A stretch of 64,000 nucleotides of DNA, from positions 561,391-625,390 of the forward strand of contig CACILL010000001.1 of assembly GCA_902587545.1 (NCBI GenBank), written 5' to 3'. Each line of letters opens with the position of its first letter. Within the stretch, counting starts at the first letter, position 1. The notes under the pieces are model-generated. The model did no database searches. It was not told the DNA's origin and worked only from the letters and a program-made list of their open reading frames with translations. Made by a program: the position numbers and the translations under genes. Shown here one piece after another: positions 54,967-64,000 of the stretch. The stretch is from an uncultured SAR86 cluster bacterium. GTDB lineage: Bacteria > Pseudomonadota > Gammaproteobacteria > Magnimaribacterales > AG-339-G14.

Positions 54967-57277
54967 AAAAACTTTAGCTTTAGTTTTCTCACTATTTCCT
55001 AGTTTTTTGTTAGCTGCCATTACCGTTGATGGAAAGTTAGATGAACCGGAATGGCAAAATGCTCAGTCAATAAGTGATTTTGTAACCGTTTATCCAAATG
55101 ACAAATCAAAGCCAGAGTTTAAAACCGAAGTGAGGGTTTTTTCTGATGATAAAGGAATATATTTTGGCTTTACAAATGAACAACCTATTGAAACACAAAC
55201 ACCTTTGAAACATCCAAGGGATAAGTGGTTTGTTGATGCTGATAGGAATTTCATCATGATAGATTTTGATGGCAATGCAACTGTCGGTTATGAATTTTCT
55301 GTAACTCTTGGTGATACATTGAGAGACGCGATTGTGACTAATGAGAATGAAATGTCAGATAGTTGGGATGCTATTTGGTATGCAAAAACATATCAAACAG
55401 AGTCCGCTTGGTTTTCTGAATTCTTTATTCCTTGGGAGGTAGCTCCTATGAATGTGGTTGAAGGAAAAAAAAGAGAAGTTAAAGCAACCTTTGTCAGAAG
55501 GCATCATAAAGAAAATAGGTTTTATAATGTTCCTGGATTGTGGGCCGAACAATCTCCATTTTTATCTAGATTTAAGAGCATAAAGGTTGATAACCCTTCG
55601 ACAATTAAAAAATCCAGGGTTGATTATTTTCCTTATGTGAGCTTTACCAATAACTTTGTTGAGAATAATCGAAACATAAACTTTGGTGGGGAGATTTTTT
55701 GGGATATAAATTCCGAATCAAAACTGGATGTTTCACTAAATCCGGATTTTGGTCAAGTTGAAAGCGATGATTTGATTGTAAATTTCTCTGCAATTGAAAC
55801 TTTTTATGAAGATAAAAGACCTTTTTTCACTGAAAATCAAACTCTGTTTGAAATTACCGGTTGGAATCTCTATTTTATAAATACAAGAAGAATTGGCGGG
55901 ATACCTGACAAATGTTCTCCAACAAACGAAACTCTCAAAGGACAATGTAAAAATAGCCTTCAGGATTCTTCTGATATAGATCTCGCTTTGAGATTCTCTC
56001 AAAAGTCACAGGAAAATGAATTTGGTTTCTTTTCTGCTTTCGAAGCGAATAGCGTTTATTCATCTGGGAGAGATTATTTTGCAGGTCGTTACCGAAGAAA
56101 TATTTCTGAAGCCAACGGTAAAGTAGGTTATATGGTTACTGCAGTGGACAGACCATCTATCAATAGAGAAGCATACGTTCATACTATTGATTTTGACTTC
56201 AAACCTTCTGCTCCAACTAGAGTTTACGGTTGGTTAAGTCAAGCAAGTATTAAAGATAACGATAATGACACAGTGGGGACTGGAGCTCGTATAGTAGTCA
56301 CAAAAGGGTTTTCAGATCAATTATTTGTTCTTGGCGCGATCAACTATCTGGATGAAGATTTTAATATCAACGATATGGGTTATATTGAAGAATACAACAA
56401 AATCAGCATAGGAGGTTTTCTTCAGTACATTCGTCCCATAAAAAACAAAACTTCTAAAGTTTCTCAAACTATTTTCAAAGTAAACGGTGGACACAATAGA
56501 TCCACCGAAGGCTATGGAAATGGTATTGGCTTCAACACAGAACTAGAATTGTTCATGCGTGACAACTCTTACATAAGCTTGAAGTGTAACTGTACTGTCA
56601 GAAGAGGTAAAAACTCTACTGAAACTAGAGGATTTGCGGCTGCTCCATATATAGAGAGTCTAGCAAACTACGATCTTCAGCTTGCCTATTACACCCCTAG
56701 AACAGACGACATCAGACCATTTGTTAAATTTGGACTTGCTACTGGTGGATACCGAGTTAATGATCAAGATTCAGACCTGCAACATGAAACAATTAATTTT
56801 GGTTTGGGTTTGATTTTGACCACTTCAAGCCAGTTTAGAACTTCTCTGGATTTCTTTGAATTTCAAAAAGAAAATAATTGGGAAGTTTGGCAAAAGGAAA
56901 ACTTATTTGGTTACTACGATAAGGAAATGGTTTCCTCTGGGATAAACATAGATTGGTTTCCAGGCAACAATCAAGAATTTAGATTGAAAGCATTCATCTA
57001 TGGTATCAAAGCAAATAATGCTAGAGCCTATAGGGTGAATTCTAGTGGCTATATGACACCATCTTTGGATGACATCAATCCTTTTCAACTTTCTGAAACT
57101 GCTTTTCAAATTAGATATAAGTATGAATTTTCACCATTATCAAATTTGTATGTTGTTTATACGCGAGGTGGAAAGTCTTCCGGACTTTTAAGAGATTCTT
57201 TTGATGGTCTTTATTCCAATGCTTGGAACGAACAAACTTTAGACAAATTTATAGTCAAAATAAGATACAAATTTTAA
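54956..57277 (+). CDS. Predicted outer-membrane protein: N-terminal CBM9/DOMON-like domain plus DUF5916-type beta-barrel
   Basis: 773 aa. Signal peptide MNHKKTLALVFSLFPSFLLAA. ITVDGKLDEPEWQNAQSISDF...TEVRVFSDDKGIYFGF is the CBM9-like signature as I remember it. The remainder is long and rich in alternating beta strands and ends in the OMP-like IRYKF. Confidence 0.7.
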   Translation: MNHKKTLALVFSLFPSFLLAAITVDGKLDEPEWQNAQSISDFVTVYPNDKSKPEFKTEVRVFSDDKGIYFGFTNEQPIETQTPLKHPRDKWFVDADRNFIMIDFDGNATVGYEFSVTLGDTLRDAIVTNENEMSDSWDAIWYAKTYQTESAWFSEFFIPWEVAPMNVVEGKKREVKATFVRRHHKENRFYNVPGLWAEQSPFLSRFKSIKVDNPSTIKKSRVDYFPYVSFTNNFVENNRNINFGGEIFWDINSESKLDVSLNPDFGQVESDDLIVNFSAIETFYEDKRPFFTENQTLFEITGWNLYFINTRRIGGIPDKCSPTNETLKGQCKNSLQDSSDIDLALRFSQKSQENEFGFFSAFEANSVYSSGRDYFAGRYRRNISEANGKVGYMVTAVDRPSINREAYVHTIDFDFKPSAPTRVYGWLSQASIKDNDNDTVGTGARIVVTKGFSDQLFVLGAINYLDEDFNINDMGYIEEYNKISIGGFLQYIRPIKNKTSKVSQTIFKVNGGHNRSTEGYGNGIGFNTELELFMRDNSYISLKCNCTVRRGKNSTETRGFAAAPYIESLANYDLQLAYYTPRTDDIRPFVKFGLATGGYRVNDQDSDLQHETINFGLGLILTTSSQFRTSLDFFEFQKENNWEVWQKENLFGYYDKEMVSSGINIDWFPGNNQEFRLKAFIYGIKANNARAYRVNSSGYMTPSLDDINPFQLSETAFQIRYKYEFSPLSNLYVVYTRGGKSSGLLRDSFDGLYSNAWNEQTLDKFIVKIRYKF

Positions 57278-57471
57278 GCCTTACAGTTTTTGCAAAACAA
57301 ATTTCCTGAAGACATGACAGATAAGTTTTTTGGCAAATAATCTCCACAAGCTGAGCATTTCACCAACTCTTTATTTTCATTATCCAGATCAATCTCTTCT
57401 TGTTTAAATAGTCTTGCTAAACCGGAAAGAATTCCGACAAAGGCAAGGACAATTAATACTTTTAAAAGCAT
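57274..57471 (-). CDS. Small membrane-anchored CxxC...CxxC zinc-ribbon protein (resembles the PP0621 family found beside bamD in Pseudomonas)
   Basis: 65 aa. N-terminal TM helix, then CSACGDYLP...FCKNC. Lies 2 nt downstream of bamD. The family assignment is from memory only. Confidence 0.55.
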   Translation of the reverse strand: MLLKVLIVLAFVGILSGLARLFKQEEIDLDNENKELVKCSACGDYLPKNLSVMSSGNLFCKNCKA

Positions 57472-57473
57472 TT

Positions 57474-58247
57474 CTAGGAATTAGTAGCTGCTTTTTTTTC
57501 AGAAGCTTCGATAAATCTTTTTAATACTTCAGCTGCTTGATTTTTTAATTCTTCTTTACCCATGAGGTCATAGGCTTGAACTTTAATTTCCAAAGCTTTT
57601 TGTACTACTTCGGAATTTGGGAGATTTGAAATTATGTAATCTGCTCGAGAAACAGCTGCAATGTATGCTTTTCTTTCGATATAAAACTCTGCAACTTCTA
57701 TTTCTTGTTTAGCTATTAAACTTCTAAGGAATAGCATTCTTCTCTTGGCATCTTCAACATATGAGCTTTCTGGAAATCTAGAAATAAACTCAGTCAATTC
57801 ATCGAAGGACTCTTTAGCCTGAGTCAAATCTCTTTTATAGGTGAGTTCTCCCAAAACCGGAACAGTACTCAGCAATTCTTTTTCCTTAGAAAATTTTGCC
57901 AGACCTTTCATGTAGTAAGCGTAATCTGTATTGGGGTGTCTTGGGTGCAGGCTGATAAATCTCTCTGCTGCAACCACGGAAGCATCGTAAAGCCCATTTT
58001 CGTAGTAAGCGTAAATCAGTTCTGCTTGAGCTTGTTCTGCATATTTACCAAATGGAAACCTTCTTTCTAGAGATTCCAGAGCATCGATCGCCATGGAATA
58101 GTTTTTGGATTTTATTCTCTCTTGAGCTTGGTCATAAATTTCTTTTTCTTGCATTGCAGGTGTCATTGGCTCTTCTTTTTTTTGGGTGGCGCAACTTACA
58201 AAAAAAATTAAGAAAACAGTAAAAAAAAGATTTGAATAAAATTTCAT
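57474..58247 (-). CDS. bamD: Outer-membrane protein assembly factor BamD
   Basis: 257 aa. Lipobox FFVSCA, TPR-like repeats (YAEQAQAELIYAYY...). Divergent from rluD as in E. coli and Pseudomonas. Confidence 0.88.
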   Translation of the reverse strand: MKFYSNLFFTVFLIFFVSCATQKKEEPMTPAMQEKEIYDQAQERIKSKNYSMAIDALESLERRFPFGKYAEQAQAELIYAYYENGLYDASVVAAERFISLHPRHPNTDYAYYMKGLAKFSKEKELLSTVPVLGELTYKRDLTQAKESFDELTEFISRFPESSYVEDAKRRMLFLRSLIAKQEIEVAEFYIERKAYIAAVSRADYIISNLPNSEVVQKALEIKVQAYDLMGKEELKNQAAEVLKRFIEASEKKAATNS

Positions 58248-58269
58248 GAAATAAGTTTATCATTCTGTC

Positions 58270-59226
58270 ATGACGATTAAGAAGGAGAATTTAATTACTA
58301 GAGAGATAAGTGAAGCACTTTCCAACAAACGTCTTGATGTAGTTTTGGCTGAAACTTTTCCGGAATACTCCAGAAGTAGATTAAAAAAATGGCTAGAAAA
58401 CAATCTAGTATCTGTAAATAAAAGAGTAATTAATAAACCCAGTCATAAAATCATTTTTCCAGCAAAACTGGAACTCAGTGTACCAAACGAAAATCTCACA
58501 GAAGATTTACCAGAACAATTAGACTTGAATATAGTTGAGTCTACCGATGGATATGTCGTAATCAACAAAAGTCATGGAATGGTAGTTCATCCAGGTGCTG
58601 GCAATAAATCTGGAACATTGTTGAATGCCTTATTGCATGAATATCCTGAATTAAAAAAATTACCAAGAGCAGGAATTGTTCATCGTTTGGATAAAGATAC
58701 CTCGGGACTTATGGTAGTCGCTAGAAACGAACCTGCCATGCAAAGCTTATCAGAACAAATTTCCAATCGTTCCATAAAAAGGATTTACCAAGCTTTCACA
58801 GTTGGAAGAATTGAAAGGTCTGGAAAAATTGAAGCGCCGATAGGAAGACACCCTAAGAATAGACAAAAACAGGCAATAATTGAATCTGGTCGAGAAGCTA
58901 TCTCACACTTCAAAGTCATAGAAAATTTTGGCTCTTACTCTCATCTTGAAGTTTCCTTGAAAACAGGAAGAACTCATCAAATTAGAGTTCATATGAATCA
59001 TTTGGGTTTTCCTTTAATTGGCGATCCTCTTTATGGTAGGCGCAGAAGATTTGCAAAAAATACCCATCAGAAACTTAGAGAAATAATAGAAAGTTTTCCT
59101 AGACAGGCACTTCATGCAGCCCAGTTGAGTTTTATAGATCCAACTACATCTAAAGAAGTAAGCTTCCAATCAAAATTACCATCTGATTTAGTCGAATTGA
59201 GGGAAAACCTTTTAAATCAGGCATAA
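58270..59226 (+). CDS. rluD: 23S rRNA pseudouridine 1911/1915/1917 synthase
   Basis: 318 aa. S4 domain plus the HRLDKDTSGLMVVA catalytic motif. Confidence 0.92.
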   Translation: MTIKKENLITREISEALSNKRLDVVLAETFPEYSRSRLKKWLENNLVSVNKRVINKPSHKIIFPAKLELSVPNENLTEDLPEQLDLNIVESTDGYVVINKSHGMVVHPGAGNKSGTLLNALLHEYPELKKLPRAGIVHRLDKDTSGLMVVARNEPAMQSLSEQISNRSIKRIYQAFTVGRIERSGKIEAPIGRHPKNRQKQAIIESGREAISHFKVIENFGSYSHLEVSLKTGRTHQIRVHMNHLGFPLIGDPLYGRRRRFAKNTHQKLREIIESFPRQALHAAQLSFIDPTTSKEVSFQSKLPSDLVELRENLLNQA

Positions 59227-59231
59227 TTTCC

Positions 59232-59259
59232 TTGACTTGCTTACTGGTACTGTCAAAAT
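59232..59259 (+). promoter_or_regulatory. Candidate ilvIHC promoter TTGACT-N16-CAAAAT
   Basis: TTGACT at 59232-59237 and CAAAAT at 59254-59259, in the 72-nt rluD-ilvI gap. No leader peptide or attenuator is visible. Confidence 0.25.
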
Positions 59260-59298
59260 TCGCTCCCTTAAGAGATTTCTTCAAATTTTTTTAGAAAA

Positions 59299-61041
59299 AT
59301 GGCAAAAGTTATGACATCTGGCGGCGAGGCTTTAATTAAAGCTTTAGCTGACGAAAATGTAGACATCATCTTCGGTTATCCTGGAGGTGCTGCGTTGCAT
59401 ATTTATGATGCCATCTACCAACAAGATCGAGTACAACATATCTTAGTGAGACACGAACAAGCCGCTACTCATGCAGCTGATGGCTTTGCTCGAGCTACCG
59501 GTAAACCTGGAGTTTGTTTAGTTACTTCTGGACCAGGAGCAACCAATGCGATTACCGGTATTGCAACTGCTTATATGGACTCCATTCCTTTGGTTGTCAT
59601 TTCTGGCCAAGTACCAAATCATTTAATAGGTACAGATGCTTTTCAAGAAACCGATATGATGGGTATTTCTAGACCCATTGTTAAACATAGTTTTCTTGTG
59701 CAAAAGCCAGAAGAAATTCCAGTTATTGTCAAAAAAGCATTTCACATTGCAACCAGTGGTAGACCAGGACCAGTCGTAATTGATGTTCCAAAAAACTTAA
59801 CCGATCCAAATGAGAAGTTTGAGTATAAATTTCCTTCAGATTTATATTTAAGATCATTCGCGTTATACGACGAAGCAGAAAATAGTGAAGTAAAAAAAGC
59901 TGTGAAATTGCTTACCGAGGCAGAAAGACCTGTCATTTATGCCGGTGGTGGAGCTATCAACTCCAATGCTGCAGAAGAAATATATGAATTTGGAAAGTTG
60001 ATGGGTTGTCCTGTTACCAATACTTTAATGGGTCTTGGTGTCTACCCGGCTTCAGACGAGCAGTTTGTTGGTATGTTAGGTATGCATGGTACCTATGAAG
60101 CAAACATGGTGATGCATGAAGCAGATTTGATCATGGCAATTGGCGCAAGATTTGACGATCGAATTACCAACAATCCAAACAAATTCGGTCTCCAAGCAAA
60201 AAAAATACATATTGATTCCGATCCATCTTCAATAGACAAGATCATAGACGTAGATGTTGCGATGACTGGAAATGCAAAAAAAGTCATTTCCCAAATCAAT
60301 AAAGAATTAAAAGCTATGAATTTTGACAACAAAAAATTTGATGGTTGGATGAAAAAAGCCATGCAGTGGCGTGCGGAACACGGTCTGAATCACAATATGT
60401 TGGATCAAAAAAATCCAGGAGATATCATTTTGCCTCAACAAGTCATTCAGTCTGCTTACAAAGCAACTGATGGTAAGGCCTTTGTCACTTCAGATGTCGG
60501 TCAGCACCAAATGTTTGCGGCACAGTATTATCACTTCAATGAACCTAGGAAATGGATTAATTCAGGCGGACTAGGAACCATGGGGTTTGGTTTACCTGCT
60601 GCAATGGGAGTTAAATTTGCTTTTCCTGATGAAACAGTTGCATGCATCACTGGAGAAGGCAGCATTCAAATGTGTATCCAAGAATTATCTACGTGCGGAC
60701 AATATGGTTTGCCCATCAAGATTATCAATCTCAATAACAGAGCGCTTGGGATGGTTAAACAATGGCAGGATATGCAATACGGCGGTCGATATTCCAGTAT
60801 CTCTTATGAAGACTCCTTACCGGACTTCATCAAGCTTGCAGAATCCTATGGACATGTTGGTATGAAGGTAGAAAAGCTTTCAGAACTTGAGTCTGCAATG
60901 GAAGAGTGCTTTGCTTTGAAAGACAAATTAGTTTTTCTTGATGTCTATGTCGATCCTGATGAGCATGTCTATCCTATGTTGAAAGCTGGCGGAGACATGT
61001 CAGAAATGTTTTTAAGCAAAACGGAAAAAACTTTCGAATGA
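59299..61041 (+). CDS. ilvI: Acetolactate synthase large subunit
   Basis: 580 aa TPP enzyme. GYPGGA and GGLGTMGFGLPAAMG motifs. Confidence 0.94.
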   Translation: MAKVMTSGGEALIKALADENVDIIFGYPGGAALHIYDAIYQQDRVQHILVRHEQAATHAADGFARATGKPGVCLVTSGPGATNAITGIATAYMDSIPLVVISGQVPNHLIGTDAFQETDMMGISRPIVKHSFLVQKPEEIPVIVKKAFHIATSGRPGPVVIDVPKNLTDPNEKFEYKFPSDLYLRSFALYDEAENSEVKKAVKLLTEAERPVIYAGGGAINSNAAEEIYEFGKLMGCPVTNTLMGLGVYPASDEQFVGMLGMHGTYEANMVMHEADLIMAIGARFDDRITNNPNKFGLQAKKIHIDSDPSSIDKIIDVDVAMTGNAKKVISQINKELKAMNFDNKKFDGWMKKAMQWRAEHGLNHNMLDQKNPGDIILPQQVIQSAYKATDGKAFVTSDVGQHQMFAAQYYHFNEPRKWINSGGLGTMGFGLPAAMGVKFAFPDETVACITGEGSIQMCIQELSTCGQYGLPIKIINLNNRALGMVKQWQDMQYGGRYSSISYEDSLPDFIKLAESYGHVGMKVEKLSELESAMEECFALKDKLVFLDVYVDPDEHVYPMLKAGGDMSEMFLSKTEKTFE

Positions 61042-61550
61042 ATCATATTGCCTTGCTAATGGAAAACCAACCCGGAGCTTTATCAAGGGTGATAGGTTTA
61101 TTTTCTCAAAGAGGGTACAACATTGATTCTTTATCAGTAGCACCAACACAAGATGAAACACTTTCCAGATTGACTATGACCATTGGTGAAGAAGGTGCCG
61201 ATATCAATCAAATTCTAAAACAGCTCTACAAATTGGTTGATGTGGTAATGGTACAAAATCTAAGTGAAGCCGATTCCTTAACTCTAGAACTTGCGATAAT
61301 TAAATTAAATAAGGCTAAGAGAGATGTCGAGGGTCTTTTGAAAAATTATGAATTTGAAAGAGAAATTTTAGACGAAAAAGACAACTACACAGTTTTCAAA
61401 GTACTGGGTGATACTCAAGAAATTGAAAAGTTATTGTCTGAATTGAAGAAAGAAGAATTTTTAGAAGTGACAAGGTCTGGTACCTTAGGCATGACCAAAG
61501 GCAACGAATCTTTGGCAACTAATGATCAGACTAAAATTTCTTACGATTAA
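61038..61550 (+). CDS. ilvH: Acetolactate synthase small (regulatory) subunit
   Basis: 170 aa. N-terminal ACT domain (ENQPGALSRVIGLFSQRGYNIDSLSVAPT). Overlaps ilvI by 4 nt. Confidence 0.9.
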   Translation: MNHIALLMENQPGALSRVIGLFSQRGYNIDSLSVAPTQDETLSRLTMTIGEEGADINQILKQLYKLVDVVMVQNLSEADSLTLELAIIKLNKAKRDVEGLLKNYEFEREILDEKDNYTVFKVLGDTQEIEKLLSELKKEEFLEVTRSGTLGMTKGNESLATNDQTKISYD

Positions 61551-62597
<1,047 letters not shown>

Positions 62598-62601
62598 TTT
62601 T

Positions 62602-63594
62602 TTAGTTTTCTTCTTCAGAGAGATTTTTAAGTTGCTTCATTAAATTGAAGTGACTGTCATCTCTCATCGGAAGAAAATCATGATCATATGCTTTTTCTGG
62701 ATTTTCTCTGACTCTTCTATCCAATGCTTTTGCATCAGGGCCGATAAGAATTCGCCACTCTTTGGCTTTGACGCCATCCAAAATTACTTTTGCAGCAGCT
62801 TCAGCAGAAGTAATGGCTTTTTCTTTGAAATCTCTTTGTCTATTCATGACCGACTCACGAAACATTTCTAAAGATAGGTTGTGAACTGGCGCACCAACTT
62901 TAATCCATCTATCTTTCATTTCTTGCAGTTCTTCGTCATTAAGATCAGCTATGTCTTTTTGACCCAAGACTTTTCCAGAATTTTCACTAATCGAAGTTCC
63001 AATATGTCCTGGCATGACCAGAGATACACCAAGGTGTGGTGCGTTGATACGAAAGTCATTTATTAATGCCTCTGTAAAGCCTTTAACTGCAAATTTTGCT
63101 GCAGAGTAAGAAGTGTGGGGTTGGGAATGTCCAAGGGTTGCCCAAAAACCATTTACACTACTGGTATTGATCATATGACCTTCTTCGCTTTTAAGCAGGG
63201 CGTCCATAAATGCTCGAGAGCATAAATAAACTCCGTCCCAACAAATCTTAAAAGTTCTTTCCCATTCTTCTATACCAGAAAGAACAAAACTTGCTCCACC
63301 ACCAATACCGGCATTGTTAAAAAGTAAATTTATATGCTCGGTTTTTTGTTGTTCTAAAACTTCATCTCTAAAACGCAAGACATCTTCTTCAGACGATACG
63401 TCACATAAGTGTTTAGTGATTTTTACCTGAGGATATTTTTTTGTAGCTTCTTGGAAGGTCTCTTCCATATTTTCTTCAATGACATCGCAAATAGAGACAT
63501 GACAACCTTCTGCAGCCAATTGATAAGTGAGCTCTCTGCCCATGCCGGTTCCACCACCTGTGATTACCGCAATTTTTCCATCAAAATTTTCCAT
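62602..63594 (-). CDS. Short-chain dehydrogenase/reductase with C-terminal extension
   Basis: 330 aa. TGGGTGMG, NNAG and YSAAK motifs. SD GGGAGA upstream. Confidence 0.88.
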   Translation of the reverse strand: MENFDGKIAVITGGGTGMGRELTYQLAAEGCHVSICDVIEENMEETFQEATKKYPQVKITKHLCDVSSEEDVLRFRDEVLEQQKTEHINLLFNNAGIGGGASFVLSGIEEWERTFKICWDGVYLCSRAFMDALLKSEEGHMINTSSVNGFWATLGHSQPHTSYSAAKFAVKGFTEALINDFRINAPHLGVSLVMPGHIGTSISENSGKVLGQKDIADLNDEELQEMKDRWIKVGAPVHNLSLEMFRESVMNRQRDFKEKAITSAEAAAKVILDGVKAKEWRILIGPDAKALDRRVRENPEKAYDHDFLPMRDDSHFNLMKQLKNLSEEEN

Positions 63595-63709
63595 ATTTCT
63601 CCCAAAAATAATTTTCTAAAGTTTTTTTACTTTACATAGTATCTACTAGAAAAAAAACCTATAATCCTTTTTCCAAGATCAGCAAGATAAGATTTTTACT
63701 TCTAATTTT

Positions 63710-63786
<77 letters not shown>

Positions 63787-63802
63787 AATTCAATTTAATA
63801 TT

Positions 63803-63831
63803 TTGACAGTCTTACTGTCATATCCTATATT
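63803..63831 (+). promoter_or_regulatory. Near-consensus sigma70 promoter TTGACA-N17-TATATT for the 63856 ORF; also contains a perfect hairpin
   Basis: TTGACA at 63803-63808, a 17-nt spacer, TATATT at 63826-63831. The spacer holds the perfect inverted repeat TGACAGT-ctt-ACTGTCA (63804-63820), which could also terminate or process the tRNA transcript. Confidence 0.5.
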
Positions 63832-63855
63832 CTTCTCTCAGGGAGATAATTCAAA

Positions 63856-64000
63856 ATGCTCAAAAAGACACTTTACTCACTCATTGCAATTGTTTTCATT
63901 GGGGTTATTGCTTGGGAATACAAAGTAAATATCTTAATTTGGTCTATACCGAAAGTAGCTGCTATTTTTATGCCAGTTCAAGAGAATATTCCTACTTCTT
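63856..64000 (+). CDS. Hypothetical membrane-anchored protein, 5' fragment (runs off the right edge)
   Basis: ATG at 63856 preceded by GGGAGA 10 nt upstream. Translation MLKKTLYSLIAIVFIGVIAWEYKVNILIWSIPK... has an N-terminal TM or signal-anchor. Open to the window end. Confidence 0.5.
   Translation, partial: MLKKTLYSLIAIVFIGVIAWEYKVNILIWSIPKVAAIFMPVQENIPTS

Noticed and set aside
63787-64000. The tRNA-Ile 3' flank as a genomic-island integration site.
   Set aside because: No integrase and no direct repeat of the tRNA 3' end occur in the 214 nt available. The downstream gene has its own strong promoter. The question cannot be judged without sequence beyond the window.

Overview
This is an AT-rich 64-kb window that reads as core chromosome of a very streamlined gammaproteobacterium. 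GC was not computed. Gene order follows Pseudomonas/E. coli-type synteny blocks: metK-ahcY, tkt-pgk-fba, ubiE-ubiB-hisE-tatABC, miaB-ybeZ-ybeY-corC, oxyR/katG, parE-parC, proA-nadD-rsfS-mrdA-rodA-mltB-dacA, leuS-lptE-holA, aroQ-accB-accC, trxA-rho, bamD/rluD and ilvIHC. I call 63 protein-coding genes (two are partial, one at each window edge) and one tRNA-Ile(GAU). By my tally only about 1.2 kb (about 2%) is non-coding. I see no rRNA, CRISPR array, transposase or integrase, prophage, or recognisable defence or toxin genes. I also do not see a convincing novel multi-gene system, and the region is overwhelmingly housekeeping. The signals most worth a second look are listed here. (1) A -10-like hexamer recurs exactly 6-7 nt upstream of start codons at many operon heads, which suggests leaderless mRNAs. 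(2) A stand-alone DsbD-alpha domain gene occupies the position where full-length dsbD sits in Pseudomonas. (3) A flavin-reductase-like gene is translationally coupled to a CBM9/DUF5916 outer-membrane barrel. (4) A dedA gene overlaps a carotenoid-cleavage oxygenase gene. (5) A solitary tRNA-Ile(GAU) lies outside any rRNA operon. (6) All 11 convergent gene junctions are separated by 4 nt or less or overlap, so there is no room for intrinsic terminators. All functional calls come from reading the translated ORFs against remembered family motifs; no database search was run.
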